64,000 nucleotides of DNA from Chloroflexota bacterium (GTDB taxonomy: Bacteria > Chloroflexota > Dehalococcoidia > DSTF01 > JACRBR01): assembly GCA_028872875.1 (NCBI GenBank), contig JAGWOC010000006.1, positions 7,796 to 71,795 of the forward strand, read 5' to 3'. The notes below the pieces were generated by a model, which was not told the origin of the DNA, ran no database searches, and saw nothing but the letters and a program-made list of their open reading frames with translations. Numbering within the stretch: the stretch's first letter is position 1; the number at the start of each line of letters is the position of its first letter. Position numbers and translations under genes: made by a program. Positions 1 to 8,670 of this stretch are shown here, one piece after another.

Positions 1-1
1 C

Positions 2-661
2 GTCGTCGCGGCCGACGTCGCCGACGACGCGGGCCGCCAGATCGCCGACGGCCTGAGCGCTCGCGGCAGCACCTGCACCTACGTCCACGCCGACGTGTCG
101 AGCGAGGGCGACGTGCAGGCGATGGTGCTGCTCGCGTTGAGCCGGTACGGACGGCTCGATGTGCTGTTCAACAATGCCGGCATCGAAGGCGAGTTCGCGC
201 CCACGGCCGATGTCACGCTCGAGGCGTGGGAGCGCGTACTCGCCGTCAATCTGCGTGGCGTCTTTCTCGGCTGCAAGTACGGCGTCGAGGCGATGCTGCG
301 CTCCGGCGGCGGCTCCATCATCAACAACGCCTCGGTGGCCGGCCTCGTTGGCTTTGCCGGAGCGGCGGCGTACTGCGCATCGAAGGGCGGTGTCGTGCAG
401 CTCACGAAGGCCGCGGCACTCGACTACGCGACGCTGGGCGTGCGCGTCAACTGCCTGTGCCCCGGCATCATCGACACGCCCATGGTCCGCCGGGCCACGC
501 AGGCGCCGGGCATCGCGGAGCAGCTCGTGGCGGCCGAGCCCGTGGGGCGCCTGGGGACGCCTCGCGAGGTGGCCGAGCTCGCGCTCTTCCTGGCGTCCGA
601 CCGCTCGTCGTTCCTCACCGGCGCGGCGGTGCCGGTGGACGGCGGCTTCGTCGCGCGTTAG
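2..661 (+). CDS. SDR family NAD(P)-dependent oxidoreductase (5' truncated by window)
   Basis: Open frame from position 2; NNAG motif, YxxxK (YCASK), VNCLCPG, C-terminal VDGG. Confidence 0.92.
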   Translation, partial: VVAADVADDAGRQIADGLSARGSTCTYVHADVSSEGDVQAMVLLALSRYGRLDVLFNNAGIEGEFAPTADVTLEAWERVLAVNLRGVFLGCKYGVEAMLRSGGGSIINNASVAGLVGFAGAAAYCASKGGVVQLTKAAALDYATLGVRVNCLCPGIIDTPMVRRATQAPGIAEQLVAAEPVGRLGTPREVAELALFLASDRSSFLTGAAVPVDGGFVAR

Positions 662-780
662 CGTGGTGGTCTGGCGCTGCTGTCCTCGCCCGGATCGCGC
701 CATTCGTCCCTTCGCCAACCACCCGAACGGCACCTGTCCCGAGGGATGCGGCGAGTGACCATGAGGGCGAGCGGGAGGAG

Positions 781-1365
781 ATGCGCATGAAGTCGTACGA
801 ACTGACCGCCTACCCGAAGAACTTGACCCTGAGCGACGGACGCCAGGTCACGATCCGCACGCTCGCCGCCGACGACGCCGATGCGCTGCTCCGCTTCTTC
901 CTCGGCCTGCCCGAGGCCGAGCGCTACTTTCTCAGAGACGATGTGACGTCGCCGGGGCTGATCGCCTCGTGGGCGGAACACCGCGACTACGCGCGGGCGC
1001 TGCCGCTGGTCGCCGTGTGCGGTGGCGAGATCGTGGCGGACGCGGTGTTGATCCGCAGCCGCCACGGCGCGTACCTGGAGCTGGCGGGCGTGCGCGTCGC
1101 CGTCGCTCCGGCGTTCCGGGAGCGCGGGCTGGGCACGGCGCTGCTGCGCGAGCTGTGCGATATCGCCGCCGATGCCGAGCTCGAGCGCGTCACCGCGGAG
1201 TTCGTCGCCGGCGTCCAGGACGACGCGATCGCGGCGGCCGAGCACCTCGGCTTCATCCGTGCGGCGACGGTGCACGAGCTGCTGCGCGACGAGCACCGGC
1301 GCCCCCATGACCTGGTCATCCTGATGCTGCCGCTCGGCAAGTGGTACCAGTGGGCGCGGTTCTAA
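781..1365 (+). CDS. GNAT family N-acetyltransferase
   Basis: ATG after GGGAGGAG RBS; acetyl-CoA motif VAPAFRERGLGTALL; N-terminal LSDGRQVTIR typical of Pat-like GNAT domains. Confidence 0.85.
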   Translation: MRMKSYELTAYPKNLTLSDGRQVTIRTLAADDADALLRFFLGLPEAERYFLRDDVTSPGLIASWAEHRDYARALPLVAVCGGEIVADAVLIRSRHGAYLELAGVRVAVAPAFRERGLGTALLRELCDIAADAELERVTAEFVAGVQDDAIAAAEHLGFIRAATVHELLRDEHRRPHDLVILMLPLGKWYQWARF

Positions 1366-1408
1366 CCCACATGTGATCGCCTGCGCGCGGTCCGCAGGGG
1401 AGGTTGCG

Positions 1409-2215
1409 ATGGAACCGAAGTTCAAGGACAGCGTGGTCGTCATCACCGGTGGTGGACGGGGCATCGGCCGCGCCATCGCGCTCGAGTTCGCGGGCGAGGG
1501 CGCCACGGTAGTGCTCGCCGGACGCCGCATGGACGCGCTCGAGACCACCGCGCGCGAGGCGGTCACCGCCGGCGGTAACGCCGATGTCATGCACTGCGAC
1601 GTCGCGAAGGAGGCGCACCTGCACGCGCTCGTCGGCCACACGATCCGTACGCGGGGTAAGATCGATGTGCTCGTCAACAACGCGGGCGTCGTCGCTGGCG
1701 GCCGGCTGGACGAGATCGGCCCGGACGACGTGCGGCGCATGGTCGAGGTGAACATCTGGGCGGCGGTCCGCCTGACGCAGCTCGCGCTGCCGCACATGCG
1801 CGAGGCGGGTGCCGGCACCATCGTCAACGTCTCGTCCGTCGCCGGGCGCATCGGCCTGCCGTACTACGCGGCGTACTGCGCGAGCAAGTTCGCCCTGCGC
1901 GGCTTCAGCGAGGCGCTGCGGCGCGAGGTGCGCCCGGACGGCGTCCACGTCGTGGCCGTCTACCCGGGCGGCACCGCCACGGACATGCTGGAGAACGTCG
2001 AGTTCGACCGCGTCGGCCTGCCCGTCGCCACGGCCGAGCAGGTCGCGCGCGCCGTCGTCCGAGGCGTGCGGCGCCGCCAGCCCGAGGTGTTCGTCGGCGC
2101 CGGCGACGCGCTCATCTCCCGCTGGAACGACCTTGCGCCGTGGACCGTCGACCTGGGCGTTGACGCCGTGCGCGAGCGGGTGCATAGCGCCGTCGCCAAC
2201 CAGCGCACGAGCTAG
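1409..2215 (+). CDS. SDR family oxidoreductase
   Basis: TGGGRGIG, NNAG, YCASK; GGGAGG RBS before ATG 1409. Confidence 0.92.
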   Translation: MEPKFKDSVVVITGGGRGIGRAIALEFAGEGATVVLAGRRMDALETTAREAVTAGGNADVMHCDVAKEAHLHALVGHTIRTRGKIDVLVNNAGVVAGGRLDEIGPDDVRRMVEVNIWAAVRLTQLALPHMREAGAGTIVNVSSVAGRIGLPYYAAYCASKFALRGFSEALRREVRPDGVHVVAVYPGGTATDMLENVEFDRVGLPVATAEQVARAVVRGVRRRQPEVFVGAGDALISRWNDLAPWTVDLGVDAVRERVHSAVANQRTS

Positions 2216-2236
2216 CCGCGCGCCGGTCGCGCGCGC

Positions 2237-3172
2237 CTACGCCTGTTCCTCGGCCTTCTTCGCCGCCTCGCGCGCGGCGATCTCCGCGTCGTCCGGCCGC
2301 ACGAGCAGCACCGGCGCCCGCGACTGCAGCATCCTGTCCGCCGTGCTGCCGAGCACCGTCCGCGCCAGCCCTTCGCGCCCGTGCGTCGACATCACGACGA
2401 GGTCGATGCGCTCGCTCTCGACGAAGTCAATGAGTTTGTCGGTCGGGTCGCCGCGCTCGACATGCGTGTCGACGGCGCCGCCGAGCGCGGCCGCGCGGCC
2501 TTCCATGTACGCCAGCGCATCGGATTCGAGTGCTTCGTCGATGGAAGGCACGTACGTTTCGGCCGCCGTGTACGGGTACATCTGCACGGCCCACGGCACG
2601 ACGCGCATGAGGCTGAGGCGAGCACCGAGCGCCGCCGCCACCTCCGTCGCGACCGATAGCGCCGCCTCCGCGAACGCGGAGCCATTGAGCGGTACGAGCA
2701 CGCGCGAGAACGACGGATGGTCGCCTGCCCGCTCGAGCGCGTGCGGCCCGACGGCCAGCACCGGCACGCGAGACGCCGCGACGACGTGCGACAGGTTGCT
2801 CCCGTAGGCCCAGCGGCGGATCCCCGCCCGGCCGTGGGTCGCCACGACGATCATCCGCGCGCCAGTCTCATCCGCGGCCCGCACGATCTCGTCCGGCGCC
2901 TCGCCCGGGCGGATGACGATGCGCGTTTCGGGATGTTGCAGGCGATCGCGCACCCGCTCGAGATACGCCGTGTAGTGGGTGCTGGCCGACTCGTCGAGCT
3001 GTACGACGAGGTCGGGAAAGCGCTTCCCGAGTTCGCCTGCTGTCCCCTCCCAGATCGTGATCAGCACCAGGTGGGTGCGCAGCGCATGCGCGATCGCCGA
3101 CGCATACGGCAGCGCGCCTTCCGCCAGCTCCGAGCCATCGAGCGGTACCAGGATCGGTCCGTGGTGTTGCAT
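2237..3172 (-). CDS. Universal stress protein, tandem USP domains
   Basis: ILVPLDGS and VLVPLNGS starts; ATHGR and MSTHGREG...LGSTADR..PVLLV motifs. Confidence 0.93.
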   Translation of the reverse strand: MQHHGPILVPLDGSELAEGALPYASAIAHALRTHLVLITIWEGTAGELGKRFPDLVVQLDESASTHYTAYLERVRDRLQHPETRIVIRPGEAPDEIVRAADETGARMIVVATHGRAGIRRWAYGSNLSHVVAASRVPVLAVGPHALERAGDHPSFSRVLVPLNGSAFAEAALSVATEVAAALGARLSLMRVVPWAVQMYPYTAAETYVPSIDEALESDALAYMEGRAAALGGAVDTHVERGDPTDKLIDFVESERIDLVVMSTHGREGLARTVLGSTADRMLQSRAPVLLVRPDDAEIAAREAAKKAEEQA

Positions 3173-3250
3173 CGTCGCTCCTCCTCTCGTCTACAAGCGT
3201 AACCGGGCGGCGCCGCAGAAGGATGGCCCGAGAGGACGGCCGCGAACGGG

Positions 3251-4690
3251 TCATTCGGCCTCTCGTACGGCCGCTGGTTGCTCCATCTCCTGCGCGAGGT
3301 CGTACGCGGCGCCCAGGTGCGGCACGACCACGCGCATCGTGCCGGCATCGCCGAGCCGCGCGGCAAGCGCTGCCGAGGCAGCGGGCTCGCCATGCGTCAC
3401 GAACACCACGCGCGGCGGCTGCGGCGCCGTCCGCACCCAGCGCAGCAGCTCGTCCGCATCCGCATGCGCCGACAGGCTGTGCACGCACACGACGCGCGCA
3501 CGTACCGGCACGTCGTCGCCGTGGATGCGCACGACGGCCGCGCCGTCTTCGAGCTGGCGCCCCGGCGTCCCGGCCGCCTGGAACCCCACCATCAGCACGA
3601 GGTTCTTGGGCTCCGGCAGGAGCCGCCGCGCGTGATGCAGCACCCGCCCGCCCGTCAGCATCCCGCTCGCCGAGATGATGATGCGCGGCCCGCGCAGCCC
3701 GTTGAGCTGCTTCGACTCCTCGACCGTCCGATGGAAGCGCACGTTCGCGGGCGCCAGCCTGTCGACGCCGTGCGCCTCGAGGTCCGGGTCGAGCTGGCCG
3801 GAACCCGCGTAGCGGTCATAGATGTGCGTGACATCCACCGCCATCGGGCTGTCGATGTCGATCGGCACGACGGGCAGGTCGCCGGAGCGCATCAGGTCGC
3901 CGAGCATGACCATCAGGAGCTGTGTGCGCGCGACGGCGAACGACGGGACCAGGACCGTGCCGCCGCGCGCGACCGTCTCGGCGACGGGCGCGCGGAGCGC
4001 ATCGACGAGGGGCGTCCGGTCGTGCAGCCGGTCGCCGTAGGTCGACTCCACAACCAGGACGTCGCAGGACGGCAGCGGCTCCGGGTCGACGTGCAGCGGC
4101 ACGCCGTAGCGCCCGACGTCGCCGCTGAACACGATGGTCGTCGGCGCGTGCCCGGAGGCGCCGGAATCGATGCGCACCTCGATTGAAGCCGAGCCCAGGA
4201 TGTGCCCGGCGTTGAGAAACCGCGCGCGGGCGCCCGCCCCGACGTTGAGCCACTCGTCGTAGTCCACGCCGCGCATCAGGCGCAGGGCCGCCCGCGCGTC
4301 GTCCGCCGTGAAGAGGGGCAGCGCCGGTTCGTGCCGGCTGTAGCGCTTGCGGTTCGCGTACGCCGCGTCCTCTTCCTGGAGCTTCGCCGCGTCCATGAGC
4401 AGGATGCCGGCCAGCTCGCGGGTCGCGCGCGTGCAGACGATCTCGCCCCGGAAGCCCATCGCCGCGAGGCGCGGCAGGTAGCCCGCGTGGTCGATGTGGG
4501 TGTGCGTCAGCAGCACGCGTTCGACCGCCCGCGGCTCGAACGCCGGCCGGCGCCAGTTGAGCTGGCGCAGCTCTCTCGACCCCTGGAAGAGGCCGGCATC
4601 GATGAGCATTCGCCGGCCATCGGCCGCAAGCACGTAGCGCGACCCCGTCACCGTGCCAGCCGCGCCGTCGAATGTCAGTCGCACGCTCAT
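3251..4690 (-). CDS. MBL-fold metallo-hydrolase, beta-CASP RNA-processing family
   Basis: GAAGTVTGS, THTHIDH, AGHILGS, ESTYGDR, SASGMLTGGR, LSAHAD motifs. Confidence 0.92.
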   Translation of the reverse strand: MSVRLTFDGAAGTVTGSRYVLAADGRRMLIDAGLFQGSRELRQLNWRRPAFEPRAVERVLLTHTHIDHAGYLPRLAAMGFRGEIVCTRATRELAGILLMDAAKLQEEDAAYANRKRYSRHEPALPLFTADDARAALRLMRGVDYDEWLNVGAGARARFLNAGHILGSASIEVRIDSGASGHAPTTIVFSGDVGRYGVPLHVDPEPLPSCDVLVVESTYGDRLHDRTPLVDALRAPVAETVARGGTVLVPSFAVARTQLLMVMLGDLMRSGDLPVVPIDIDSPMAVDVTHIYDRYAGSGQLDPDLEAHGVDRLAPANVRFHRTVEESKQLNGLRGPRIIISASGMLTGGRVLHHARRLLPEPKNLVLMVGFQAAGTPGRQLEDGAAVVRIHGDDVPVRARVVCVHSLSAHADADELLRWVRTAPQPPRVVFVTHGEPAASAALAARLGDAGTMRVVVPHLGAAYDLAQEMEQPAAVREAE

Positions 4691-4700
4691 GCGCCGCCGC

Positions 4701-5459
4701 TCACTCTCCGAGCCACCAGCGGCGGGGCGCCGGCCGCCGCGCGTAGCGCAGCCCGAACTTCCGCACGGCCGCGTCGCGGATGTGCGCCACCGCCTCTTCG
4801 ACCGAATCCGTGAGCACCAGCGTGCCCGCGTCGCGCGCGTCGATCGCGCGCGCCGGCAGCAGGGTGCCGCGGATGAACGCCAGCAGCGGCGACCAGTAGT
4901 CGACGCCGATCAGGACGAGCGGGAAGTCCCTGATCTTGCCGGTCTGGACCAGCGTGGCCGTCTCGAAGATCTCGTCGAGTGTGCCGAAGCCGCCGGGCAT
5001 GGCGATGAAGGCGTACGAGTACTTCACCAGCATGACCTTCCGCACGAAGAAGTGCCGGAAGGTGATCCAGGTGTCGAGGTATGGGTTTGGCCGCTGCTCC
5101 TTCGGGAGTTCGATGTTGCAGCCGACCGTCCGGCCGCCGGCGTCCTTCGCGCCCCGGTTCGCGGCCTCCATGATCCCGGGTCCTCCGCCCGTCATCACCG
5201 TGAACCCGGCACCCGCCAGCTCGCGGCCCACCTGCCTCGCCAGCGCGTAGTACGGGTGGTCCTCCGGGAGGCGCGCCGACCCGAACACCGTCACGCACGG
5301 CCCGACGAAGTGCAGCGCCCGGAATCCCCGGATGAACTCGAAGAAGATGGCCAGCGCGTGCCAGAACTCCCGCTGCCGCGTCCGGGGCCCTTCGAGGAAG
5401 ACCCGCTCGTCGCCGCGCGCCGCGGTCTTGCCCCACTGCTTCCCGTCCGTCCCGGACAT
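4701..5459 (-). CDS. LOG family (TIGR00730-like) nucleotide phosphoribohydrolase
   Basis: VTVFGSAR, TGGGPGIMEAANRGA, PGGFGTLDE motifs. Confidence 0.9.
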   Translation of the reverse strand: MSGTDGKQWGKTAARGDERVFLEGPRTRQREFWHALAIFFEFIRGFRALHFVGPCVTVFGSARLPEDHPYYALARQVGRELAGAGFTVMTGGGPGIMEAANRGAKDAGGRTVGCNIELPKEQRPNPYLDTWITFRHFFVRKVMLVKYSYAFIAMPGGFGTLDEIFETATLVQTGKIRDFPLVLIGVDYWSPLLAFIRGTLLPARAIDARDAGTLVLTDSVEEAVAHIRDAAVRKFGLRYARRPAPRRWWLGE

Positions 5460-5673
5460 CGCACCTCGTCGCTGCGGTCTGCCTCACGCACCCGCAGTGT
5501 ACGGCCCGATGCCCGTACGCACGATGGGCGCCGCACGTGCCCACTGCCTGCACGCCGGCCGGCACGGCCGATGGGGCCGGTTGGTACCCCGATCCCTGCC
5601 GGATGGCCGGTGGAAGGCTTCCCCGCATGGCTCGACACTGGTGGTACGACATGATGATCGACTGGAGGCCGGC

Positions 5674-6210
5674 ATGAAGGTCATGGCCACGTTCGACGGT
5701 TCCGCGTTCTCCGAGTCCACGATCCCGCTCCTGCTCGAGATCGCGCGGCTACCCGATGTCGAGTTCCGGCTCGTCAGCTTTGCCGGCGAGCCCCACGGGC
5801 GGGCACGCACCTCGCGCCAGCCGATGCCGGTCGCGGCCACGGTCATGAGCGGCGCCTCCGTCGTCGTCCCGCGACCCCCTACGCCCATCGCGGAGACGAA
5901 AGCGCAGGCGACCGAGCGCACCATCGCCGAGGTCAAGGAGTACCTGGACGAGATCGCCGCCCGCTTCCCGTCCAGCGCCAAGGTGCGCACCGAAGCCCAC
6001 GTCGGCAACGATCCGGGCGAGGCGATCGTGCGGTGGGCGATCGCCGAACATCCCGCTGTCATCGTCATGGCGACGCACGGCCGGGCGGGCCTGTCGCGGG
6101 CGCTCTTCAGCGCGACGACCGAGCAGGTCGTGCGGTCCGGCGTGGCGCCCGTCTTGCTCGTCCATCCCGAACACGGCAGCGTGCGCGCACAGGGGTCCGA
6201 CGAAGCCTGA
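5674..6210 (+). CDS. Universal stress protein
   Basis: GGAGG RBS; FDGSAFSE, MATHGRAGL, PVLLV. Confidence 0.88.
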   Translation: MKVMATFDGSAFSESTIPLLLEIARLPDVEFRLVSFAGEPHGRARTSRQPMPVAATVMSGASVVVPRPPTPIAETKAQATERTIAEVKEYLDEIAARFPSSAKVRTEAHVGNDPGEAIVRWAIAEHPAVIVMATHGRAGLSRALFSATTEQVVRSGVAPVLLVHPEHGSVRAQGSDEA

Positions 6211-6268
6211 GCCGCCATGCGGCGCCCCGGGCCCGCGGCGTCGTGTCGGACACGCATCGCACGGGGCT

Positions 6269-6344
6269 GGGCCACCTGGTCCCCGCAGGGGGCCAAACGG
6301 CACGTTGTCCCAGCCGCCAGATGATGTAACTTAGTAGGTGCTAA
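6269..6344 (+). promoter_or_regulatory. Promoter region: two DosR/NarL-like boxes, TTGTCC-N16-TAACTT promoter, TTAG-N6-CTAA inverted repeat
   Basis: GGGCC-ACCT-GGTCC (6269), GGGCC-AAAC-GGCAC (6290), TTAGTAGGTGCTAA (6331-6344) in an AT-rich patch. Confidence 0.5.
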
Positions 6345-6377
6345 ATTAAAGCGACACGAGCAGGAGGACGCGGGCCC

Positions 6378-7433
6378 ATGACGACCACGACCGAAACGCT
6401 GAAGACCGAGACACCGCTGCCGGAGGGCCTCGACCTGTCCTGGCTGCGCGCCCCCGGCGATTGGGGCATCCACGCGAAGCCCGGCAAGCGCGGCCTCACG
6501 CTGGACGAGATCAACGCCGGGCCTTACGCGGAGATCCCCGACACCGCGTCCGGGCAGACGATGCGGCCACGCGGCGCTCAGGCTCGCGATGGCGTCCCGC
6601 ACGTGGGCTACATGCTCCGCCGCAACGACATCTGGTCGAAGAACGCCACCCTCCTCTACGAAGAGGCCGTGCAGCGCCAGTGGAGCTCCGCCACCGACAT
6701 CCCGTGGGACAAGCTCGAACCGCTCCCCGACGACATCGAGCTCGCGATGAGCCAGCTCTGCACGTTCCTGACCGAGGTCGAGTTCATCGCCGGCGACACG
6801 CCCGCGCAGTGGTTACCCACGATCAGCAATGACCACTACGAGATCAAGCTCTACCTCGCCTCGCAGATCATGGACGAGGCACGCCACCTCGACGTCTTCC
6901 GCAAGCGCGCACTCGCCAACGGGGGCGGGCTGATGAGCGGCGGTCCCGGCTCCGGCCTGCGCAGCATCATCGGCGCCCGCGACTTCACCGAGATGTCCGC
7001 GATCATGCATATCATCGGCGAGGGCTTCATCCAGACGCTCTTCCGCTCCGGCGAGCTGCTCTCCCACAACGAAGCCGAGAAGTCGATGTTCCGCCTGGCG
7101 CTGCAGGATGAATCCCGCCACGTCGCGTTCGGCGTCATGCACATGAAGCACATCCTGGAGACTGAGCCCGAGCGGCGCGAGGAGGTCCACAACTACCTGG
7201 ACGTCGGCGAGGACATCTTTGCCGGCACCGGCGTCACCGCCACCGGCGGCTCGATCGAGTCGCTCGCCATCCTGCTCGGCGGCGGCGTCCAGCACATGGA
7301 CGAGGGGCTGAACACCCTGCTCGCCGTCCGCAAGCGCCAGGTGAACGAGTACATGCACCGCCTCGAGGTCGCCGGCCTGTCCGACCGCCGCGGCCGCATG
7401 ACGGCGCAGTTCGCGCCGTTCCTCGCCGCCTGA
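6378..7433 (+). CDS. Ferritin-like di-iron carboxylate protein
   Basis: Two (D/E)ExRH motifs (DEARH, DESRH) with upstream Glu ligands; AGGAGG RBS. Confidence 0.85.
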   Translation: MTTTTETLKTETPLPEGLDLSWLRAPGDWGIHAKPGKRGLTLDEINAGPYAEIPDTASGQTMRPRGAQARDGVPHVGYMLRRNDIWSKNATLLYEEAVQRQWSSATDIPWDKLEPLPDDIELAMSQLCTFLTEVEFIAGDTPAQWLPTISNDHYEIKLYLASQIMDEARHLDVFRKRALANGGGLMSGGPGSGLRSIIGARDFTEMSAIMHIIGEGFIQTLFRSGELLSHNEAEKSMFRLALQDESRHVAFGVMHMKHILETEPERREEVHNYLDVGEDIFAGTGVTATGGSIESLAILLGGGVQHMDEGLNTLLAVRKRQVNEYMHRLEVAGLSDRRGRMTAQFAPFLAA

Positions 7434-7460
7434 GGCGACGGCCGCCCGGCCAACGATCAC

Positions 7461-7490
7461 CAAGAGAGCGCTCGTGTGAGCGCTCTCTTG
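7461..7490. terminator. Bidirectional intrinsic terminator hairpin
   Basis: Perfect 13-bp stem CAAGAGAGCGCTC-gtgt-GAGCGCTCTCTTG between convergent genes. Confidence 0.8.
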
Positions 7491-7527
7491 TTCGCTGTCC
7501 GCTGGTGCGCCGTTACAGGCGCCGAGT

Positions 7528-7830
7528 CTACTCCACGCCCTGGAAGTCGTGCTGGACGTCGACGCCGTCCGCGTCGGCGTGGCCGCCGCCCGGGAGCTGC
7601 GGCTCGTTCGCCTCGGTGGTCTCGGCCTTCGCGCCCTCCGGCGCGTTCGTCGTCTCCGCTGTGTCAGGCGTCTGGTTCGCCGGAGCGTTCTGCGTCACGA
7701 CGGGCGTGTTGGTCGGCGTCTGGGCGGCTGTCGACGTGATGCCCAGCAGCGCCGCCCCACCGGCTGCGGAGCCGATCAGCATCAGGCCGGCACCGGCCCC
7801 CAGCAGCTTCGCCTTCGTGCTCTCAAACAT
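7528..7830 (-). CDS. Small secreted acidic low-complexity protein
   Basis: Signal peptide (KAKLLGAGAGLMLIG...TAA-Q), T/E/P-rich linker, C-terminal GGGHADADGVDVQHDFQGVE; GGGAGAGG RBS. Confidence 0.7.
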   Translation of the reverse strand: MFESTKAKLLGAGAGLMLIGSAAGGAALLGITSTAAQTPTNTPVVTQNAPANQTPDTAETTNAPEGAKAETTEANEPQLPGGGHADADGVDVQHDFQGVE

Positions 7831-7904
7831 GCGTGCCTCTCCCTTCCCACTCATCTGCCCGAGGCCACATGCTGCCTCGCTGCGTCCAGCGTAGGGACCG
7901 ACCG

Positions 7905-7931
7905 TGAACGCTGGATGAACACACCCTGAAG
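7905..7931 (-). promoter_or_regulatory. 11-bp-phased TGAA(C/G) direct repeats, candidate OmpR/PhoB-family binding site
   Basis: TGAAC at 7905 and 7916, TGAAG at 7927. Confidence 0.5.
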
Positions 7932-8055
7932 ATCCGCTTCATGAATCGCCGCCCTGCCTCGAAATCCCCTTCCAACACTGCGTCCTTGCCCCGCCGGAAC
8001 ACCGGCTGTACGCTCGCACGGATCGCCGCCGCCCGGGTGGCGCACCGCGCGGAAG

Positions 8056-8670
8056 GTGCCTGTGCCGCCGTTCACACTCGTCCCCCACAAGGTCTCGGCG
8101 CGCGTCACCGACCCGATCGTCGCGCCGCTGGCGGCGATCGGCGTGACGCCGAACATGATCTCCGTGCTCGGCTTCGCTGGAAACGTCCTGGCCGCCGCCC
8201 TCGCCGCCGGCGGCCACTTCCTCGCCGCCGGCCTCGTCATGCTCGCCGCCAGCGCGCTCGACCTCCTCGATGGCGCGCTCGCCCGCAAGACCAACACGGT
8301 CACGAAGTTCGGCGCCGTCTTCGACTCCGTGCTCGACCGCATGTCCGAGGCCGCCGTGCTCGCCGGCCTCCTCTTCCACTACACCCAGGCCGGCAGCCGC
8401 ACGCAGGAGGTCCTCCTCATCTACGCCGCCGTCGTCGGGTCGATCCTGGTCAGCTACGTGCGCGCCCGCGCCGAGGGCATCGGCATCGCCCTGCGCGAGG
8501 GGCTGTTCACGCGCGCCGAGCGCGTGCTCCTGCTCGGCATCGCGCTGATCGTTGGCCACGGCGCTGTGCCGGTCGCGCTCTGGATCCTGGCCGTGCTGGC
8601 GAACCTGACCGCGGTGCAGCGCGTCTTCGTTGTCTGGCAGAAGCTGCGCGAAGAAGGCCCGGACCGATGA
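8056..8670 (+). CDS. CDP-alcohol phosphatidyltransferase family protein
   Basis: TPN..S and DxxDGxxAR...GxxxDxxxD signature (DLLDGALARK...FGAVFDSVLDR). Confidence 0.92.
   Translation: MPVPPFTLVPHKVSARVTDPIVAPLAAIGVTPNMISVLGFAGNVLAAALAAGGHFLAAGLVMLAASALDLLDGALARKTNTVTKFGAVFDSVLDRMSEAAVLAGLLFHYTQAGSRTQEVLLIYAAVVGSILVSYVRARAEGIGIALREGLFTRAERVLLLGIALIVGHGAVPVALWILAVLANLTAVQRVFVVWQKLREEGPDR

Noticed and set aside
6331-6344. CIRCE (HrcA) element
   Set aside because: Only one partial arm (GTGCTAA) and wrong spacing
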